DNA of 64,000 nucleotides, from the NCBI GenBank assembly GCA_944360115.1, contig CALVTH010000005.1:413-64412 (forward strand), written 5' to 3'. The DNA comes from an uncultured Clostridia bacterium (GTDB taxonomy: Bacteria; Bacillota; Clostridia; Christensenellales; CAG-917). Position 1 is the first letter of the stretch. Each line of letters opens with the position of its first letter. The notes below the pieces were generated by a model that saw only the letters and a list, made by a program, of their open reading frames with translations, was not told the origin of the DNA and made no database searches. Both the position numbers and the translations under genes were made by a program. Of this stretch, positions 43,477 to 52,900 are shown in pieces.

Positions 43477-45192
43477 ATGTCATCCAAACCTTATAAAGAA
43501 TTCGAGCCCAAGTGGATAACCGAGCCGCCCGTGGAGAGAAGCTACCGCTCTATTATGAAGTGGGGCGACCCCGCAGCGTGGAAGCGTCCCAAGGAAGGGC
43601 TTTACAAGCTCATCAAAAAGCAGTTCAACCTCACCGACGACGATTTCAAGGAAATGGTGGATGTCGGCAACGAGGTGGTGGACATCACCGCGCCCAGCCG
43701 TCTTTCCGACGCGCAACTGAGCGAACTTGCCGAAATAGTCGGCGAGGACAATGTCACCACCGAGGAATTCAAGCGCGTGCAGGTGTGCTACGGCAAGACG
43801 ATGATCGACATCATGCGCCTGAGGAAGGGCATTGTGGAGAATCTCCCCGACGCCGTCGTCTATCCGTCCACCACGGAAGATGTCGAAAAACTGGTGGCGT
43901 TCTCCAAAAAGCACCGCGTGTATCTGTATGTGTACGCCGGCGGCTCCAGCGTCACGCGCGGCACGGAATGTATGCGCTCGCCCAACATCATCCTCGACCT
44001 GCGCAAGAATTTCAACAAGGTCATAGCGTTCAACGAAATCAATCAGACCATAACCGTTCAGCCCGGTATCAGCGGACCCGACCTCGAGAAAATCCTCAAC
44101 GAAGCCCCCGAGAATTTCGGCGCGGCGCACCGCCTCACCTGCGGACATTTCCCGCAGTCTTTCGAGTACAGCTGCGTAGGCGGCTGGGTGGTCACGCGCG
44201 GCAGCGGGCAGAATTCCACTTACTACGGCTGCGCCGCCGACCTCGTGTTGTGCCAGGAATATGTCACGCCCGTCGGCAAGATCCGCACCGATTCCGCGCC
44301 CCGCAAGGCGACGGGGCCCAACATCGACCAGATCATGATGGGCAGCGAGGGCACTTTCGGTATCCTCACCGAGGTCACTCTCAAGGTGTTCAAACTCTCC
44401 GAAAAGCACCGCAAATTCTCCTATATGTTCCCGACATGGGAGGACGGCATGGCGGCAATGCGTGAGGTCATGCAGGGTGAATTCGGCTATCCGTCCGTGT
44501 TCAGGCTTTCCGACGCCGAGGAGACGGACATGATGATGCACATGTACGGCATCGCCGAAAGCCCGCTCAACGCCTTGCTTGCGGCAAAGGGATTCAAGCC
44601 CAACCGCCGTTGTCTGCTGCTCGGATTCGCCGACGGCGAAGCGGGGCTGCAACGCAACATCGTCAAGAATGTCAGAAAGATTGCCCACAAGTACAACGCA
44701 ATGTCGTTGACGGGCTATGTCACCACCTCGTGGGAGCACGGGCGTTTCTCCGACCCCTATATGCGCGATACCATTCAGGACTACGGCATAATCATCGACA
44801 CCCTCGAGTGCGCCGTCAACTGGGACAATATGGCTTCCGTGCACACCGAGGTCAGAAAGGCGGTCAAGGCGTGGCCCAACGCGATATGTACCACGCACAT
44901 CTCCCACAGCTATCCGCAGGGCGCCAACCTCTATTTCATATTCGTCATCAAGACCACCGACCTCGACGAATTCAAGAGATACCACGCCACAATCCTCGAC
45001 GCCATTGCCAAGTCGGGCGCCGCGCTCAGCCACCACCACGGCATAGGCAAACTCTTCGCGCCCTTCCTGCCCGGATCGATAGGCGAACAGCAGATGAATG
45101 TGCTCAAGGCGCTCAAGCACTATTTCGACCCCGACGGACTGCTCAATGCCGGCGGCACGCTGGCTCTCGACGAGCACCCCGACAACTTCTGA
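43477..45192 (+). CDS. FAD-linked oxidase, alkyldihydroxyacetonephosphate synthase (AGPS)-like
   Basis: PCMH-type FAD domain (VVYPSTTEDVEKLV..., YAGGSSV). GHFPQSFEYSCVGGWVVTRGSG...GPNIDQIMMGSEGTFGILTEVTLKV resembles the AGPS signature region. Confidence 0.7.
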   Translation: MSSKPYKEFEPKWITEPPVERSYRSIMKWGDPAAWKRPKEGLYKLIKKQFNLTDDDFKEMVDVGNEVVDITAPSRLSDAQLSELAEIVGEDNVTTEEFKRVQVCYGKTMIDIMRLRKGIVENLPDAVVYPSTTEDVEKLVAFSKKHRVYLYVYAGGSSVTRGTECMRSPNIILDLRKNFNKVIAFNEINQTITVQPGISGPDLEKILNEAPENFGAAHRLTCGHFPQSFEYSCVGGWVVTRGSGQNSTYYGCAADLVLCQEYVTPVGKIRTDSAPRKATGPNIDQIMMGSEGTFGILTEVTLKVFKLSEKHRKFSYMFPTWEDGMAAMREVMQGEFGYPSVFRLSDAEETDMMMHMYGIAESPLNALLAAKGFKPNRRCLLLGFADGEAGLQRNIVKNVRKIAHKYNAMSLTGYVTTSWEHGRFSDPYMRDTIQDYGIIIDTLECAVNWDNMASVHTEVRKAVKAWPNAICTTHISHSYPQGANLYFIFVIKTTDLDEFKRYHATILDAIAKSGAALSHHHGIGKLFAPFLPGSIGEQQMNVLKALKHYFDPDGLLNAGGTLALDEHPDNF

Positions 45193-45299
45193 GAGCGAGC
45201 CGCGGTCGCGGCGGCGTTGCGAGCGTCGTCGCCCTCGCCGCAGGTTCGCCACCGCAAAAGGCGGACGGCACCGTCTCTGAAACAAGTAAAACGCACCGC

Positions 45300-45331
45300 A
45301 ACCCCGCGCCGACGACGCGGGGTTTTGTTTT
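45300..45331 (+). terminator. Intrinsic terminator after the AGPS-like gene
   Basis: AACCCCGCG-N7-CGCGGGGTT followed by TTGTTTT. Confidence 0.75.
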
Positions 45332-45391
45332 GCGCCGAAATACGGGCGGGCGCGTTTTCACGGTCGGCAAGCGCGGGGCATATAGTTTAGT

Positions 45392-46813
45392 ATGCCGGAT
45401 TTCAGCGGAAAGCATATACATTTCACGGGCGTGGGCGGCGCGTCGATGTCGGCGCTCGCGGAGTACGCCGCGCTGTCGGGCGCGACGGTGTCGGGCAGCG
45501 ACAGAACGCCGTCGGAAATCCTAGACAGGCTTGCGCGCGCGGGGATAGAGGTTTATGCGGGCGTCGACGCGGACATAATCGACGGGGCGGACCTTGTGGT
45601 GCGTTCTTCCGCCGTGCCTATTTCCAACCCCGAAATCGTGCGGGCGACAGCCCTCGGCATACCCGTCGTCGAACGGCACGAATTTCTCGCGCGCGTAGCG
45701 GAGGGCTTCGACCGGGTCGTCGCCGTTGCTGGCACGCACGGCAAGACCACGGTGACGGCAATGATTGCACACATCCTGAAAGCCGCGGGAGTGCCTTTCG
45801 TCGCGCACATCGGCGGTGAGCCCGTGGGTATGGGCAATCTCACGGTGTGCGGCGGGGACGGAAAACTGCCGTGCGGAATTTTTCTGACGGAAGCCTGCGA
45901 ATACCGCCGACACCTGCTCGCGCTCGCGCCTGACATTGCGGTGGTCACCAATATGGAATGCGACCACCCCGACTGCTATCCCACGATAGCCGAAGTACAT
46001 TCCGTCTTTGCGGAATTTGTCGAAAAATGTCCCCGCACGGTGATAGGCGCAGACAACGCTTTTATATGCACGGGAGCGCATACGGATATATGTGCAGATG
46101 TGCATACGGTAAAAGGAGAGCACTCCGCGACGGACGAGGCGACGGCGCGCGAAGAGCGGGAAAAAGAGGAAGATATGCGCGGTTGCGCATACGGTGTTTC
46201 GAGAATTCTCGAATGTTCGCTCACGCAGACGGCAGTGGTCCGTCACGGCAAAGCGGAATGTGCGCTCACCCTGCCCGCGGCGGGGACGCACCTGCTTGTC
46301 GACGCGCTGTTCGCCGTTGCGGCGGCGGGCGAACTGGGGGTCGACTTCGGCTTTGCCTGCCGAGCACTTGCCGATTTCAAGGGCGTGAAGAGACGCTTCG
46401 AAAAGGCGGGCAGCGTCGGCGGCGCGCAGGTGGTGTTCGATTACGCTCATCATCCCACCGAGATAGCCTGCGCCCTGCGGGCGGCGCGGGCGTATGGCCG
46501 TCCGCTCGTGGTGTTTCAGCCGCATACATACACGCGCACCGCGCGCTATCTCGACGACTTTGCCGCCGTGCTGGGCGGGGAGGAGAGAGTGATAATAATG
46601 CCCACCTACGCCGCCCGCGAAACCCCCGACGAGGGCGCGGACAGCGGCGTGCTTGCGGACAGAATAAAAGAGAAATATCCGTTTTGCGGGGTTTATCTTG
46701 CAAAAAGTGTGCAAGAAGTGCTAGATTATGTCAATTTGTTTGCCGCCGAGTTCGACATCGTGCTTTTCCTCGGAGCCGGTGACATCTACAATCTGAAGTC
46801 TTTCTTAGCGTGA
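45392..46813 (+). CDS. murC: UDP-N-acetylmuramate--L-alanine ligase
   Basis: IHFTGVGGASMSALA, VAVAGTHGKTTVTAM, DYAHHPTEI. Contains a charged insert. Confidence 0.93.
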   Translation: MPDFSGKHIHFTGVGGASMSALAEYAALSGATVSGSDRTPSEILDRLARAGIEVYAGVDADIIDGADLVVRSSAVPISNPEIVRATALGIPVVERHEFLARVAEGFDRVVAVAGTHGKTTVTAMIAHILKAAGVPFVAHIGGEPVGMGNLTVCGGDGKLPCGIFLTEACEYRRHLLALAPDIAVVTNMECDHPDCYPTIAEVHSVFAEFVEKCPRTVIGADNAFICTGAHTDICADVHTVKGEHSATDEATAREEREKEEDMRGCAYGVSRILECSLTQTAVVRHGKAECALTLPAAGTHLLVDALFAVAAAGELGVDFGFACRALADFKGVKRRFEKAGSVGGAQVVFDYAHHPTEIACALRAARAYGRPLVVFQPHTYTRTARYLDDFAAVLGGEERVIIMPTYAARETPDEGADSGVLADRIKEKYPFCGVYLAKSVQEVLDYVNLFAAEFDIVLFLGAGDIYNLKSFLA

Positions 46814-46900
46814 GTCCGTACCCTGCGTTGCGCCGTATGCCGCGCCGTGTCGCCCGTTTCGTGTCGCGGTGTGCCGCCCGTTGCGTCCCTGTCGGCGCGG

Positions 46901-47278
46901 TCAGATTATGTCGGCGAGGTTGAAGTCCAGCATATTGTGGATGTTTTCTGCCGTAGTCAGCAGAGACTGGCATTTGCTCAGCGCGTTCTTGTCGTCGCCG
47001 CACTCCAGCGACCCTTCCGTCTCGGCAAGCGCGACGGAAAAGGCGCGCATATCGGGCGAGTAGGTGAACAGTTCCAGCCCCTTGCGTTTGCATTCCCACC
47101 ATTGAGACAATTCGCGCACTTCGTCGAGGGCGTCGTCCTCGGGAGATTTGATTGCCGCTTCAAGGGCGTTTATGCCGTCCTCGAGTTCGGCAAACACCTT
47201 GTCCACATACACCGCTTCGGCAATGCCCGCAGCAAGGATGACGGCAAGCACGGCTAAGGCTATTGCGAGTCTTTTCAT
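46901..47278 (-). CDS. DUF4363 family protein
   Basis: Signal-anchor plus helical protein (W..C...L.....P). Usual partner immediately downstream of a DUF421 gene, with 4-nt overlap. Confidence 0.7.
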   Translation of the reverse strand: MKRLAIALAVLAVILAAGIAEAVYVDKVFAELEDGINALEAAIKSPEDDALDEVRELSQWWECKRKGLELFTYSPDMRAFSVALAETEGSLECGDDKNALSKCQSLLTTAENIHNMLDFNLADII

Positions 47279-48027
47279 TTTGCGTCCTCCGACAGCCTTT
47301 CCGGCGGGTGATGTTCCTCTTCACGCGGGGCGACGGGGAAACGCACGGTCAGACTGTCGCCTTTGTATGGCTGCACGAACACATCGTCGCCCGCCACCAG
47401 CAACAGCAGCACATCCTTCTGTTCTATGCCGACGGAAGAAAGCAGTCCGAGCACGCGTTCCTTGTCGATACCGTCGAGCGCCGCGATGTTGGCGCCCATG
47501 AAGTTGCCCTCCATTATGGCGGTGACGGGCATGCTGGAGCGCGGCAATTCCACCCGCATATCGGCGGGCGTGAGCGGCTTAGCCTCGGATTTCGGCAAAA
47601 CCGTCATCGAACCGTTGGTCTCCACGATTGCGTATTCCACTTCCGCGGGATTGAAATATCCGTTGCCGCGCAGGGCTTCCAGCAAGTCGTCGATGTTCAT
47701 GTTCAGTTCTTTCATGATGTCGGGCAGTATGTTGCCGCGTTCGATGACAATCACGGGCTTGCCGTTGAGCACCTTGCGGAATCGCACGCTCTTTACGGCG
47801 AGTTTGGTGATGATGATGTGCACCAGAAACAGCGTGAACACCGAGATTATGCCGTACACTATGGGGATATTGGGGTCGCCCATGGGTATGCAGGCAAGCT
47901 CGCTCGCCACCAGCGTTATGGCGAATTCGAAAGGTTGCAACTCGCCGAGCTGCCGTTTGCCCATAAGCCGCATTGCGACGAGCAGGAAGAAGTAGATTAC
48001 AATGCACCTGACGAACAGACTGAGCAT
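47275..48027 (-). CDS. DUF421 (YetF-like) membrane protein
   Basis: FLLVAMRLMGKRQLGELQPFEFAITLV..., C-terminal soluble domain. Confidence 0.8.
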   Translation of the reverse strand: MLSLFVRCIVIYFFLLVAMRLMGKRQLGELQPFEFAITLVASELACIPMGDPNIPIVYGIISVFTLFLVHIIITKLAVKSVRFRKVLNGKPVIVIERGNILPDIMKELNMNIDDLLEALRGNGYFNPAEVEYAIVETNGSMTVLPKSEAKPLTPADMRVELPRSSMPVTAIMEGNFMGANIAALDGIDKERVLGLLSSVGIEQKDVLLLLVAGDDVFVQPYKGDSLTVRFPVAPREEEHHPPERLSEDAK

Positions 48028-48063
48028 AGCGGTATTTTGCCGCCGAGCCCGTTTTTTATGCGT

Positions 48064-49650
48064 TCAGTACACGGTGGAGACGGTTTTCCGTCTCTTTTTT
48101 TGTGCGCACTTGCGCGGACGGGCGGATTTTCTGCGTTTTGCAAGCACGGCGGAGAAGTCGGCGCGGGTGGGAAGTGCCATCGCGAAGAAGGCTTTGATGT
48201 CCACAATCCCGAAGACCGCGACGAACAGGGCGAACAGTCCAGCGAGGACGACGGCGAGTATGATGAGCGTGCCCGTGGCGCCGACTAGGGGCGCAAGCAG
48301 TCTTTCCGAGAAGAAGCCCAGGAGCGCGAGCGGGAAGGAGAACAGACATACGGCGGCGGTCTTGCCCGTGCCTCCTATCTTGCCCAGTTTTTTTCTGAGG
48401 GCTATGCAGTTTATCAGCGAGGTGACCGCAAAAGCCGCGCCGGAAGCCACGGCTACGGCGTATATGCCTATCACGGACGGCAGGAAGAATATGCAGGGAA
48501 GCGTGCAGGCAAGCCCCGCCACGCAACTTGCGAAGGTTACTTTTTCCATGCCGAGGGAATTCAGCACGGGCGTGGTGACCTGATTGAGCGCGAGCGGAAA
48601 GATGAGGACGGCGGCGAACGAAACGAACGCGCCCGCCACTTCGTCGCCGAAGAAGAAGGAGCCCAGTTCCTTGCCGAGCGGCATATACAGCGCAAAGAAC
48701 GCCGAAGCGACGAGCGCGGCAAACAACAGCGAGGTCTGCACCTTTTCGCGTATTTCGTCGTAGCGTTTTTTTGAGGCGAGTTCGGCGATGTCGGGGGTGA
48801 GAACGACGGACAGGGCGGCGATGACGGTGACGGGCGCCATAATGAGCGGGAGCGCCATGCCCGCAACTCTGCCGTATTGCGCCGTCGCGTATTCCACCGT
48901 CATTCCGCCCGCGACAAGCCGTTTGGGTATGACGAGAGCGGTGAGTGAAGCCGACAGCGAGGTGAGTATGCGCACCGCGGACAACGGCAGCGTCGCCGAC
49001 AACAGTTCCTTGCCGCCCGAGGGACGGGACAGCCTGCCGCCCGCCTTGAAGAACAGGACGGCGAGCACGGTGACGGACAGCACATCGGACAGCACGAGAG
49101 CGAGGGCGACGCCCTGCGCGCCCGTGAGCGAGGCGACCAGTCCGCCCGCGAACAACAGCGAGAAGCCTATCTTGAAAGCTTCGTCTCCGAGTTCCGTCGC
49201 CGAAAACACGATGAATTTCTTGCGTCCCCAGAACCAGCTGCGCAGCGGAGCGTAGAGGGAGGAGGTGACGAGGGCGGGGAGCATTATGAGGAATATGGGT
49301 ATGCACCTTTCGTCGGCGAAAATGCCGCCGAGAAAGCGCGAACAGGCGTAGAAAACCACGCACAGCGCGACGGCAACGCCGCCCCCTATGAGCAACGAAG
49401 CCGTGGTCAGCGCGTTCTGACGGGCGGTGTCTCCGCGCCCCGCACATTCGGCGACCTTTCTCGACAGCACGGTGGGAGCGCCCGCCGTCAGGGAGAACAG
49501 CAACAGTATGACGCTGAGGGCAATCTGGTATATTCCCACGGTCTCCGCGCCGAGGGAACGCGACATCCATATCTTGAACAGAAAGGACAACAGTCGCGTG
49601 AGCACGGAGAACGCCGTGACAATGGAAAAGGATCTGACGGTATTGTTCAA
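48064..49650 (-). CDS. MOP-superfamily flippase (SpoVB / polysaccharide biosynthesis protein-like)
   Basis: About 14 TM segments. N-terminus SFSIVTAFSVLTRLLSFLFKIWMSRSLGAETVGIYQ. I place the start at TTG 49650 after GAGG. The tracked ORF extends to 50112, across a terminator and the neighbouring gene. Confidence 0.75.
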   Translation of the reverse strand: MNNTVRSFSIVTAFSVLTRLLSFLFKIWMSRSLGAETVGIYQIALSVILLLFSLTAGAPTVLSRKVAECAGRGDTARQNALTTASLLIGGGVAVALCVVFYACSRFLGGIFADERCIPIFLIMLPALVTSSLYAPLRSWFWGRKKFIVFSATELGDEAFKIGFSLLFAGGLVASLTGAQGVALALVLSDVLSVTVLAVLFFKAGGRLSRPSGGKELLSATLPLSAVRILTSLSASLTALVIPKRLVAGGMTVEYATAQYGRVAGMALPLIMAPVTVIAALSVVLTPDIAELASKKRYDEIREKVQTSLLFAALVASAFFALYMPLGKELGSFFFGDEVAGAFVSFAAVLIFPLALNQVTTPVLNSLGMEKVTFASCVAGLACTLPCIFFLPSVIGIYAVAVASGAAFAVTSLINCIALRKKLGKIGGTGKTAAVCLFSFPLALLGFFSERLLAPLVGATGTLIILAVVLAGLFALFVAVFGIVDIKAFFAMALPTRADFSAVLAKRRKSARPRKCAQKKRRKTVSTVY

Positions 49651-49845
49651 TTTTTTCGCCTCGGGAAAGAATATGCCGAAAGCGGACGAAAAATGAGGAA
49701 ACGCGCCGACTGTTCGGGCGAACGCTCGGGAAGACGGGCGCGTACTGCGGGCGCAATGCAAATGCGGAGCGGGCGACGGACGGCGAACACGGCGCAAGGG
49801 CGTGGCGAGCGACGGACGGCGACTGCCGTCGCCGACAGGGAACGG

Positions 49846-49878
49846 ACAAAAGAAAACCCCCGCCGCAAGGGCGGGGGA
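49846..49878 (-). terminator. Intrinsic terminator of the giant surface-protein gene
   Basis: Minus strand reads CCCCCGCCC-TTGC-GGCGGGGG, then TTTTCTTTTG. Confidence 0.75.
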
Positions 49879-49928
49879 ATCGTTGCGTTTGCCGACCGCC
49901 GAGCGGTCGTCACCGCGACGGGCGCGGA

Positions 49929-52900
49929 TTATTCGTTGAAGTCGTCGTAGTTGTTCTTCTTGCGGTTGACATTGTCGAGATTTTCTTTCTCGACGGGGGC
50001 TTCCTCTTCGCCCGCTTTCTTTGCGAACTTCTTGCCGTACTTCTTGACGAAGAACACGATGACGACGGCTATGGTCGCAAGCGCGAGAAGTATGGTCGGT
50101 ATCATCCACCACAGATTGTCGAGGTTGAAAGTGTTTTCGGGGGTCTCGGGGTCGTTGTCCACCGAGGTGTCGCCGCTTTCGGGCGCTTCGGGCACATTGT
50201 ACGCGGCGTTGTACTTGTCGCCGTCGGCAATGGATTCCTTGGCGTTCTCGTAGTCGCTGACGGAGATTTCCTCGAAGGTGACCGCGTCGAAGAAGGCATA
50301 GCCGCCGAGGAGCAGGTCGGGATTCTCGGCGTCATAGAGTCCGAGACCGAGGCGCAGCTGCACGCCTGTGACATCTTCCGCGGGTGCCATGACATAGAAG
50401 GTGACGGTCTGCCAGCCTTCCGCCGCCGTGGGATTGAGGTTCGCGAGACGGAGGGGAGACGAGGAGTCGTTGTAGGTGCCGAGATAGAGTTCGACATACG
50501 CGCCGAGGTCGTCCGCCGCTTCGAAGCTCAGTTCGTCGATGTGACCGATACCGTGGGTGTACACCCTGACGGAAATCTTGTACGCCTTGTCCGCGGAGAG
50601 GGTGTAGTTGGACGAATAGTAGTAGAACGCGCTGTTGGCGGTGTTGTTGACGACGAGGATTCTGTTGCCGTCGGGACCGACGCCCGCGTCGGGCAGGATG
50701 TCGTCCCAGGTCACGCCGAGGTCTTTCATCAACGCGTCGTATTTGTCCTTTTTGAGGATGTAGATGAGCGCGTCGCGTTCGGTGTCGTATTCGCCTTCCG
50801 CCATAATCTCGGCGATCCTGTCGGCGTATTCGCCGCTGGCGAGGGCAGAGTCCACTTCGGCGTCGTCGATGACGAAATCGTCTATGTCGATGTCGGGATC
50901 GAACAGGGAAATGTAACCGTCGTCGGTGAGGTCGACATAGCCGCCGTCCTTATCGAGGTACAGCACACCCGAGGTGGTGTCGGAAGAGCTCTGGTCGGTG
51001 CCGACGGCGCTCGTCCAGTTCTCGGGAGAGGTGAGTTCGCCGCGGTTGTCAGATGTGTCGGTGAGGGTGTCGAAGCTGTCGGAGTTGAAGTCGATGTAGC
51101 GGGTGCAATCGTCCGCCGCGCCGTCCTCGAAGTCCTCGTCGGTGAGGGTGGAACGCATCGTGACGGAATCGAACACGACGACGCCGGAGGATTTGAGACT
51201 GTCCTCGGTCACCTGACCCTCGCCGTCGCCCACGACCGCGCCCGTGATGTCGGCGTTTTCGCCCAGCCACAGCCCGAGTTCGAGAGAGACGGAGGTCAGC
51301 CCGACCCTGATGTTGAAGGTGTAACGGTGCCACGCGCCGTCGCCTTCGACGACGAAGTAGAGCGTGTTGCCGTCGCGTTCGCTGCCCGAGGCCTCGCCCG
51401 CGAGATAAATCATACCCTTTGTGCCGACTTCGGCGCGCGCCCACACGCTGATCGTGTAGTTGGTGGAAGCGGTGAGCGTGAAGGAATCGGAAGTGTAACC
51501 GACGCTGTATTTGTTGCCGCCTTTGCCCGCGAGCACGAGCATATTGGGACCACCCGCGGCTATCACATCGTCGGTGCCGTCGGGATATACGGGATTGAAG
51601 AAGGCGTAGCCGTTGCCGAACAGATTGTCAATCTGCGTGCTGGCGGTGCCGTCGGAATTGAATTTGATTATGCCGCCGACGAAATTGTCGTCGAGGGTCT
51701 TGTCCGAGAGAGTCCAGTCGGCGGGAACGCCCGCGGCGTTGCTGTCCTGCAACAGGACGCCGCCCGACGACAGCGCTTCGTCCTCGGCGAAATCGATGTT
51801 GTCGAAGGCGCCGTTGGTGAAGGAGTTGGACGAGGTGGTGCTGAAATCCACCTTCTTGATGTAGGTGCCCGTCGAGGTGCCGTTGTAGTCGGAATAGGTT
51901 ATCTCAGTGAGGCTCATGTTGGTGACGAACGCCGCGCCTGAGGTGAGGGTGGTCGCCGCATACCTGTCGCCGGTGCCGAGAGCCAGGCGGAGGAACACCT
52001 TTTCGCCTTCCGTGCCCGTCTTGTAATCGACATCGCCGCGGAAGAGCACGGTGATTTCCGTCCAGCCGTTGTTATCCTCGACTTCGGAGGTGTTGACGGA
52101 GGTGAAGGAAGCGAGTTCCACGGGGTCGTCGCCGTCCTTCTCGCCTTTCTGCATCACATAGACATACGCGCCCTTGCCGCTCTTGATGTCCTCGGTCTTG
52201 ACCCAGAGAGACGCGCGGTAGAAGGTGTTGGGCACGATTTCGAATTCGTCGGTGTCATACGCGAACGAAGTCGACTTGGACGAATAGAGCATAAACGCGA
52301 AGTCGCTTTCGGTGGCGTAGGGGGTGAGGGGAGCGTCGACGCCTTCGGGGAGACCTTCGCCCGTCGCGGCATTGACGACGCCCGTCCTGACAAAGGACGC
52401 GTCGACGACTGCGGGATTGTCGGCGGTGCTCGCGGAGAAGGTTATGCCCGCGGACAGCCCGAGCGAACCCGTGCTGTAAGCGTCGGAGCCGACGGGGTTG
52501 AACTCGCCGTCGATACCCGTACCCGCGGAGCCTGCGGACGCGGAGAAGAGATTGTCGGTGGCGAGGTCGACCTTCACGGTCTGAGCATCGGTGGATCCCG
52601 CCGCGTCGAGGGTGAAGTCGGTCGCATTCGCGACGGCGGAATCGAAGTCCTCTTCGTCGGTCTCGGCGAGAGTGAGATTATCGATGAACATCCAGCCCGT
52701 GGAGAAAGTGCCGTCCGCGGTGTAGGTGGTGGCGGAAGACCCCGACGAGGTGGTGGAAGTGAACTTGGTGTAGGTGGACGAGGTATTGCTGCTGGTGCCT
52801 TCGGTGCCGAGCCAGATTTCCATATTGTAGGACATATCCCTGTACTGGTTGCCGTGGATGACGAAGGTATAGGTTGTCCAGCCCGCGGAGGACGCGCCGC

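Noticed and set aside
47263-48288. 341-aa + strand ORF opposite the DUF421/DUF4363 genes
   Set aside because: Antisense to two well-formed membrane-protein genes with overlapping stop/start. No motifs.
49651-50112. N-terminal extension of the flippase ORF (tracked to 50112), overlapping the 3' end of the giant gene
   Set aside because: It would read through the giant gene's intrinsic terminator and overlap its coding sequence. The extension is Arg-rich junk. TTG 49650 with a GAGG RBS gives a normal ~528-aa MOP flippase.
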